DNA of 64,000 nucleotides from Giardia intestinalis (Eukaryota): NCBI GenBank assembly GCA_000002435.2, contig CM018792.1; one strand, 5' to 3'. Shown piece by piece: positions 58,823 to 64,000 of this stretch (position 1 is its first letter; each line of letters starts with the position of its first letter). The notes under the pieces were generated by a model. It saw only the letters and a program-made list of their open reading frames with translations, ran no database searches and was not told where the DNA came from. The position numbers and the translations under genes were made by a program.

Positions 58823-61345
58823 TTAGTAGGCTGGAAGTGGCAGTGCCGCTCGATCAACTGGACACTGAAGGGTCTCGTCCATCCAGCGGCGTAGACAGGC
58901 AGCATGAAAGATGTGTCCGCATGGGGTAGTCCAGAGATCCCGATCAGAATCAGCTGACGACTTCTGCTGAGGTGGCTCTTCCTCTCCTGACAACTTTCCT
59001 GATGTGTTTATGTCTTCCAATATATCTTTTATCGCTTGCGCGTCCAACTCGTGTGCCTTTTTCGATGACTCAGAGAAAAGGTTAATGTGCTTTTCTGTGA
59101 GGGTGATATAATCAAAGCAAATACTGCAAATAACACATTCAGATACGTCTTTCGGTTTCACCATGTAGAAGCAGTTCATGAGGCTGCCTTCAGGATCCCT
59201 GACATCAGTGTACAAAAGAGCTTGCTGACAGGATAGTCGAGACTGTAAGTACGTAGTACACGAGGCAAGGGCAGCCACAGTCATATCTTCTGAGTATAGA
59301 GAGCTGTGCTTATGTAAAGGATTCATGCAATAATGCTGATAAAACTCGCTCTCTAGCTGTAACTCCTCACTTGATGGTAAAACAGTAACTGTTGCTTGGT
59401 TAGAGTATGCACGAATGGTAGAGCTAGGCTTCTGGAAATATGACATAACAAACGGAAAGGACTGCCCGGCATCTGATTCAAGTCGCGCCAAAAACTCACG
59501 TGGCGTCTCTGCTTCTCTCCGCTGATTGCTTACGTGGTCAACGTAGTCAAAGTCTGTAAGAACATGCTGTGAAAGAAGCTTATTAGTGTATGTGTATATG
59601 GAGTGAGACCCTTTGGCGACAAACGCTTTGTATCGATTCTTGTGTGTAGCCATAAGGGCCAGCATTATAGTGAGCTGTAGAAAGACCCAGAAAAATAGAA
59701 GATACTGGTAGAACGAAACGGTTTCGTACCCTAGAAAGTTCTTCGGATAACAGTAGAAGTACCATATTGGAACCACGCGAAGGATTGTTGTGAAAACTAC
59801 GTACGTGTACGTGTATCCCATTGTAGGAGATCGTATTTTATACATATGATAGCACTGTGGGACCCAATAAGATGACAAGAGAAGAAAGAAGTAAAAGAGA
59901 AACTTAAACGGGATGTACGAGCTCACAATCATAGATCCGAGCATAACCAGGTAGAATATGCAATATATTTTTATTCCAATCTGTGGATTCTGACCTCTGT
60001 TTCTATCTATCATCATCTGCCGCTGTTTGAGCATAAGAAGCTGGATGTCGATGATGAGACATATGATAAAGAAAGCGACCGCTGCAAGAAGCAGAGGACC
60101 TAGTGAGTTCTGAAATTCAAACGCGTAGTTGACCCCGTTGATAGCTAGAAGTGCATCAATCGTCGTTTGCATCACAATGGATGCCATAGTCAGCTGAGCA
60201 AGTCGTACTGGAGAAACCAATTTTGTCAATGAATGTGCACTAAGAACGGCTGTGAGAATGGCAAAGATGGACACCACTCCTCCGTAGACCATCGCCTGAG
60301 TCATTTCTTGAGCCGAGTTATAAATAAGAGAGCGTGTCTGCATATCAACACAGCACTTCGCTGAATAAAGCCGATATTCTATTAAGGGAACTATCTCCTC
60401 AGTGGTACTACCGGCAAGAGGTCTGCCTTCCTGCCGAATCTGGGCCGCGAAATCCGGTGGATAAGTGTGGCCTTTTATCGGCCTTGTTGTGTTAGAAATG
60501 CTGAAAAATAAGTAATAGTCGCATGCATTTGGGCGTTCCAAATCAGACGAATTCGAAGTCGTACAAGTCTCATTAAATTTGAACTCTCCTAGCATATCAT
60601 CACTTGTCACATATGATGGCCATGGTTCATCACCATTAATATAAGCATCCACTTCTGTAATATTCAAATCAAGAGCTGGCTGCTTTGATAGTGACGGTAT
60701 AATCAGCTTTATCAGGCCTTTCTGCTGAGACGGATAGTAGTATCCATAGCCCACAAAATAGTGTGAATCGCTGTTTATGTAGGATCCGTTCATCAAATAG
60801 ATAGCCGCACTAACGTTGCGGGGTTGTGTGAGAAGCTCGCCACTGTCTTTTTTCTGCGAATAGTACTCAGTTGTCCACGTCAAGTCGAAGATACTCGCAA
60901 GCATCATTCCACCAGCTGCCCTATCCGGACTGGGGGTATATAGTCTCAGAGAGCCAGAGTTTCCTTGGGCAACGCTCCAATTTCCCCTATATGAGGTTGT
61001 TGCCGGCCCCAGCTTCACATCTATATAGTCAGGTGGGCTACTAGGTATCTCTCCCTCTTCCTGTAATGCAGAAGAGCGGCTAATAAAGAAGGGCTTCTGA
61101 GAATGGTAATAATCGTGTGAGCCAAGTCTACAATACGAAGGGTTAAAGAAATATGGAGCTCTCTGCACAACGCTGTGGATTCTGGAGTATATAGTTCGGA
61201 GAGAGCCTGTCCACCGAGACTGATTAACCACGTTTAGGTGCCTCTTGGAAAGCGAACTTGTTATAAGCAGCTCTGTCCGAATCGGGTCTGCAGAACGCAT
61301 TGCCAACGTGCCCAGTATTCCAAAGGAAATAAGGTAGACAAGCAT
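58823..61345 (-). CDS. Transmembrane RING-H2 E3 ubiquitin ligase, Tul1/Dsc1-like (signal peptide, large luminal domain, ~7 TM, C-terminal RING)
   Basis: Signal peptide MLVYLISFGILGTLA. A luminal domain of about 330 aa is followed by a polytopic block (IFAILTAVLSAHSL..., LLAAVAFFIICLIID..., IYCIFYLVMLGSMIV..., FFLLLSSYWVP..., YQYLLFFWVFLQLTIMLALM). The C-terminal RING-H2 is CVICSICFDY...(~55-aa acidic insert)...CGHIFHAACLRRWM...CPVDR. The ATG was verified. Confidence 0.55.
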   Translation of the reverse strand: MLVYLISFGILGTLAMRSADPIRTELLITSSLSKRHLNVVNQSRWTGSLRTIYSRIHSVVQRAPYFFNPSYCRLGSHDYYHSQKPFFISRSSALQEEGEIPSSPPDYIDVKLGPATTSYRGNWSVAQGNSGSLRLYTPSPDRAAGGMMLASIFDLTWTTEYYSQKKDSGELLTQPRNVSAAIYLMNGSYINSDSHYFVGYGYYYPSQQKGLIKLIIPSLSKQPALDLNITEVDAYINGDEPWPSYVTSDDMLGEFKFNETCTTSNSSDLERPNACDYYLFFSISNTTRPIKGHTYPPDFAAQIRQEGRPLAGSTTEEIVPLIEYRLYSAKCCVDMQTRSLIYNSAQEMTQAMVYGGVVSIFAILTAVLSAHSLTKLVSPVRLAQLTMASIVMQTTIDALLAINGVNYAFEFQNSLGPLLLAAVAFFIICLIIDIQLLMLKQRQMMIDRNRGQNPQIGIKIYCIFYLVMLGSMIVSSYIPFKFLFYFFLLLSSYWVPQCYHMYKIRSPTMGYTYTYVVFTTILRVVPIWYFYCYPKNFLGYETVSFYQYLLFFWVFLQLTIMLALMATHKNRYKAFVAKGSHSIYTYTNKLLSQHVLTDFDYVDHVSNQRREAETPREFLARLESDAGQSFPFVMSYFQKPSSTIRAYSNQATVTVLPSSEELQLESEFYQHYCMNPLHKHSSLYSEDMTVAALASCTTYLQSRLSCQQALLYTDVRDPEGSLMNCFYMVKPKDVSECVICSICFDYITLTEKHINLFSESSKKAHELDAQAIKDILEDINTSGKLSGEEEPPQQKSSADSDRDLWTTPCGHIFHAACLRRWMDETLQCPVDRAALPLPAY

Positions 61346-61389
61346 TTAAGTCAGACGTTTACCCTTTTTTGGAGCTTGAAGCCAGCAAA

Positions 61390-64000
61390 TTATTTCTTTG
61401 TTTTACAAGATTGGACGTTCATAGACCCTGGTATCCCTAGTACTATGGCGTGCTCTGGAATCTGCTTGATGCAGAGCTGCTCGTAGCGGGAGAGCTCCAA
61501 TCCCTTGTCATCCAAAAGCATCTTCTGCACTAAACGATGGGTCTTTCCCTTTGTTATGTCACCAGGAATTATTCGAATGACACCGAAGAAGCGCTCCACT
61601 ACAGAATAAGGAGCTATCATAACAACCAATCCTGGCAGCTCACCCTCGGCAGGCCTTTTCGTGCTAATCATAGCAGACACGCTTAGCGAGGTCACGTTTT
61701 GCTCCCCATTGCCCTTGTCGATATGCTTTTGAAAGCCGTCTTGATCTTCTTCTAACAAAACCTCACCTGAATGAATAACTGTGTCACCAGTAGTATAGGT
61801 AAACGGCGGAATAGAAGCGACGCTTTTCCACATAGTGGCTAATACAGGCGAAATGTGTGCGTCAAATAGAGTCTTATAGTCCTTACTCATAGAGCTGGTA
61901 GTACAGGTGTTCTTATTGTGACCTAGAATGCCACAGAGACAACAAAAGTCCGAAGAACAGATACTTCCCTCATCCCCGGTATCGTCCTGGGAATCCTCAC
62001 CTCGCTGAGCCGATATCATTTTCTTGTAACTTTCAGCCTCTTCCAAACGACCTTCTGATATGAGGCGCTTTATCTTCGCTTGCTGCTTCTGTACCCTGAT
62101 TTTGGCTTGTCGCTCCTTTTGGAGTCGCTTTCTCTCATCCTTGTTGCTGTCTTTTAGTACTTGCTCCGCAGTGGTAACCTGAGATTTCTGCTTTTGAGTG
62201 CTAAGAACCAAGAGCTTACCGGACTCGTCAACTGTCTGCCCTGCGTCTTCCGTAGTACAGATTATGGATTCATTTTTATCGCTATATGCTACCTGCCATG
62301 GCGGCGGTGCCTCTGAGGCCGGATCCATGACATTTGCAGTATCGTACCTCCACAAAAGTGCCACACCCAGTTCTAGGGGCTGTTGGGGGATGAAGTTTCG
62401 CTTTCCACGTATGACAAATGATCCCGTTCCAATATACATGCCGGCCGGGGCTGTCTTAGAGACCTGGTCCGCATACACCCAGTAAGACTGTGTCCCGACC
62501 TTCTGTGCCCACATTTTACTATGAATAACTGTAAACGCCCCAGCTTCCAGCATTGTCTGCACTGGAGGTACCCATCTTAAGACCGTATTCTGCTGAGGTA
62601 TATCTGTGGTGGTAAGTCGAGGAGCTTTGACGATGGTGCAGGCTGCTCCATGAGCTTCAGAGTGGACAAATATATCGTTTGATGACATGAACTTTTTAAC
62701 CAGCAACTCATTGGATTGAGCATCCCTGCCCGATAAAACCAGATATCCATCAGTGCTAAAGAACCAGTGAAACTTTTCAAACCAGAGTGGTGATCGCTGA
62801 TGCTGCAGAGCGATTAGCTCTGCATCAGTCTCTTTCATAACACTATCTATATCCGCAGTAGCCTTCTTTTCTACTTTATCAAAGTAGGCTGATGAGTGCC
62901 CGAGGGTTCTCTTACACTTCTCCTCTGCAGCTTTTGCTGCCTCGAAGAGTGTTTTAGCTATTATGTGAGCGGTGGTTCCTGCTGCTCCCTTAAAGGGAAC
63001 ATCTACAGAGATAACTATGGGTTCCGTGGGATCTGACACTATCTTAGTATCTCCACACGAGCCGCACACTTGCTGCTCGTTATTGTCTTCGGTCTCATTA
63101 CTAGCCTCTAAATCTAAGATCCCTTGCTTTTCTGTTGCTCTAAATTTGCTTAGGGCTAAGAATGGTGTACAATCCGTGTAGCACATATTATGAATATCAG
63201 ATGCAAAAATAGATATATTAAAAGAAACAAGCTTCCGGACTACATCTATTGAAGAAATAGCCTCCAAAAGCGGGATGTCCGTACTACCACAATTCATCCA
63301 AGCGATGACATCGTTCCATGTAATGCGTCCAGTCTTAAAGAGGAACTCCATTTGTTTAGTGAGATAGTCAATCTCAGTGGCCTTCCAAAGAATGCACTCC
63401 GCCAAAAGGCGTTTCTGTGTCGCTGAGTTGAGCAGAGAGGCCATGCGGTCCTCTGTCGTGTCTTGTGCATGAGCTATTGTCGACTTGGCCTTTTGAATCA
63501 GTTGAGCTCTATTTTGATAAGCCCTTGCAGTCACTAAGAAAGAATTATATTCATCCAAGGTCTTGTTATAGGACTCATACTCCCTTATATCTTCGGCTCT
63601 GTACAGCGCTCCCTCCTGGTAGATGGAGCGTATATCAAAAATATGATATTCTGCTACACGTATAGCGGTCATGATAGTATCATCCAAGTCCCCCTCACCC
63701 GTGTCAACGATGGCCAACTCGTCCTCCCGATAAAAGTAGATATATCCTTTTGATAAGAGAGAATCAAAAGATGATTTGGCGGCCTCAATAAGACATTTCA
63801 GAACGCCTTCGCAAACCTTCCAAAGCTTTATCACAAGCTGCTCGTCCTCTTGGACTGCTTTTGCCTTGATGCTAGTTTTGCAATTAACTGCCCGCAGAAC
63901 AATGGCCGATGCAGATCCGCCAAGAAAGAAGTCCTTTGCAAGCGCCGCGCGAAAAGATGCATTCTGGCCCTTCTGCTTGCTGGCTTTGGCAATGATTTGT
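61390..64000 (-). CDS. NEMF/Rqc2/Tae2-family ribosome quality control protein (NFACT domains); the 5' part lies beyond the window end
   Basis: SPLWFEKFHWFFSTDGYLVLSGRDAQSNELLVKKFMSSNDIFVHSEAHGAACTIVKA matches the NFACT-R core of Rqc2/NEMF (FekFhWFiSSe.ylvlgGrDaqQNE.lvkky...gDiyvHAd.hGAs..iik). There is a CCHC zinc knuckle CCLCGILGHNKNTC and a coiled-coil K/E/R region. The frame stays open through 64000; the track start at 63834 is a GTG. Confidence 0.7.
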   Translation of the reverse strand, partial: QIIAKASKQKGQNASFRAALAKDFFLGGSASAIVLRAVNCKTSIKAKAVQEDEQLVIKLWKVCEGVLKCLIEAAKSSFDSLLSKGYIYFYREDELAIVDTGEGDLDDTIMTAIRVAEYHIFDIRSIYQEGALYRAEDIREYESYNKTLDEYNSFLVTARAYQNRAQLIQKAKSTIAHAQDTTEDRMASLLNSATQKRLLAECILWKATEIDYLTKQMEFLFKTGRITWNDVIAWMNCGSTDIPLLEAISSIDVVRKLVSFNISIFASDIHNMCYTDCTPFLALSKFRATEKQGILDLEASNETEDNNEQQVCGSCGDTKIVSDPTEPIVISVDVPFKGAAGTTAHIIAKTLFEAAKAAEEKCKRTLGHSSAYFDKVEKKATADIDSVMKETDAELIALQHQRSPLWFEKFHWFFSTDGYLVLSGRDAQSNELLVKKFMSSNDIFVHSEAHGAACTIVKAPRLTTTDIPQQNTVLRWVPPVQTMLEAGAFTVIHSKMWAQKVGTQSYWVYADQVSKTAPAGMYIGTGSFVIRGKRNFIPQQPLELGVALLWRYDTANVMDPASEAPPPWQVAYSDKNESIICTTEDAGQTVDESGKLLVLSTQKQKSQVTTAEQVLKDSNKDERKRLQKERQAKIRVQKQQAKIKRLISEGRLEEAESYKKMISAQRGEDSQDDTGDEGSICSSDFCCLCGILGHNKNTCTTSSMSKDYKTLFDAHISPVLATMWKSVASIPPFTYTTGDTVIHSGEVLLEEDQDGFQKHIDKGNGEQNVTSLSVSAMISTKRPAEGELPGLVVMIAPYSVVERFFGVIRIIPGDITKGKTHRLVQKMLLDDKGLELSRYEQLCIKQIPEHAIVLGIPGSMNVQSCKTKK

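Noticed and set aside
1-64000. CRISPR arrays, tRNA genes and prokaryotic operon structure.
   Set aside because: No short direct-repeat and spacer arrays were seen, and no tRNA-like cloverleaf segments were recognised. The gene content is eukaryotic (kinesin, PI4K, Utp6, NEMF, p24).

Overview
This is eukaryotic, gene-dense, essentially intron-less DNA. I attribute it to Giardia (diplomonad) by inference from established knowledge. Three + strand ORFs end with a hydrophobic transmembrane segment followed by ...FLCWWF[L/V]CRGKA-stop. Each is followed within a few nt by ACTTAGGTAGT[G/A]AATGC, which contains the Giardia AGTRAAY polyadenylation motif. Together these are the hallmarks of variant-specific surface proteins (VSPs), and the neighbouring NEK-like kinases and ankyrin-repeat protein fit the same picture.

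Layout:
- 1-18.9 kb is a housekeeping core: a WD-like fragment, a small TPR-like protein, a Cx[FV][KRQ]P-repeat protein, a PI 4-kinase III-alpha-like 2259-aa protein, kinesin-14, a RING coiled-coil protein, an EF-hand-like protein, a Q-rich protein, a Utp6-like protein and a GWT1/PIG-W-like membrane protein.
- 18.9-36.5 kb is a compositionally heterogeneous variable region. It holds an extremely GC-rich intact NEK-like kinase, an AT-rich gap, a secreted BPI/LBP-like protein, a 4.4 kb GC-rich segment with no credible ORF and an ankyrin-repeat protein. These are followed by a frameshifted NEK kinase paralog and a head-to-tail array of three VSP genes. The first VSP is intact and carries six perfect 225-bp tandem repeats. 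The second and third lack both ATG and signal peptide, and both are cut at the same point. A second, decayed NEK remnant closes the region.
- 36.9-64 kb is core again. It encodes Hsp90 co-chaperone p23, ribosomal protein L10 (uL16), a minimal U1A/U2B''-like RRM protein, an Aha1-N-domain protein, a p24/TMED cargo receptor, a 1.9k-aa LRR/Ser-rich ORF and a 3417-aa ORF. It ends with a Tul1-like transmembrane RING ligase and an NEMF/Rqc2 homolog that runs off the window end.

No rRNA, tRNA, CRISPR or transposon was recognised. Many track ORFs begin at GTG/TTG alternative starts; I re-anchored several to the first in-frame ATG.
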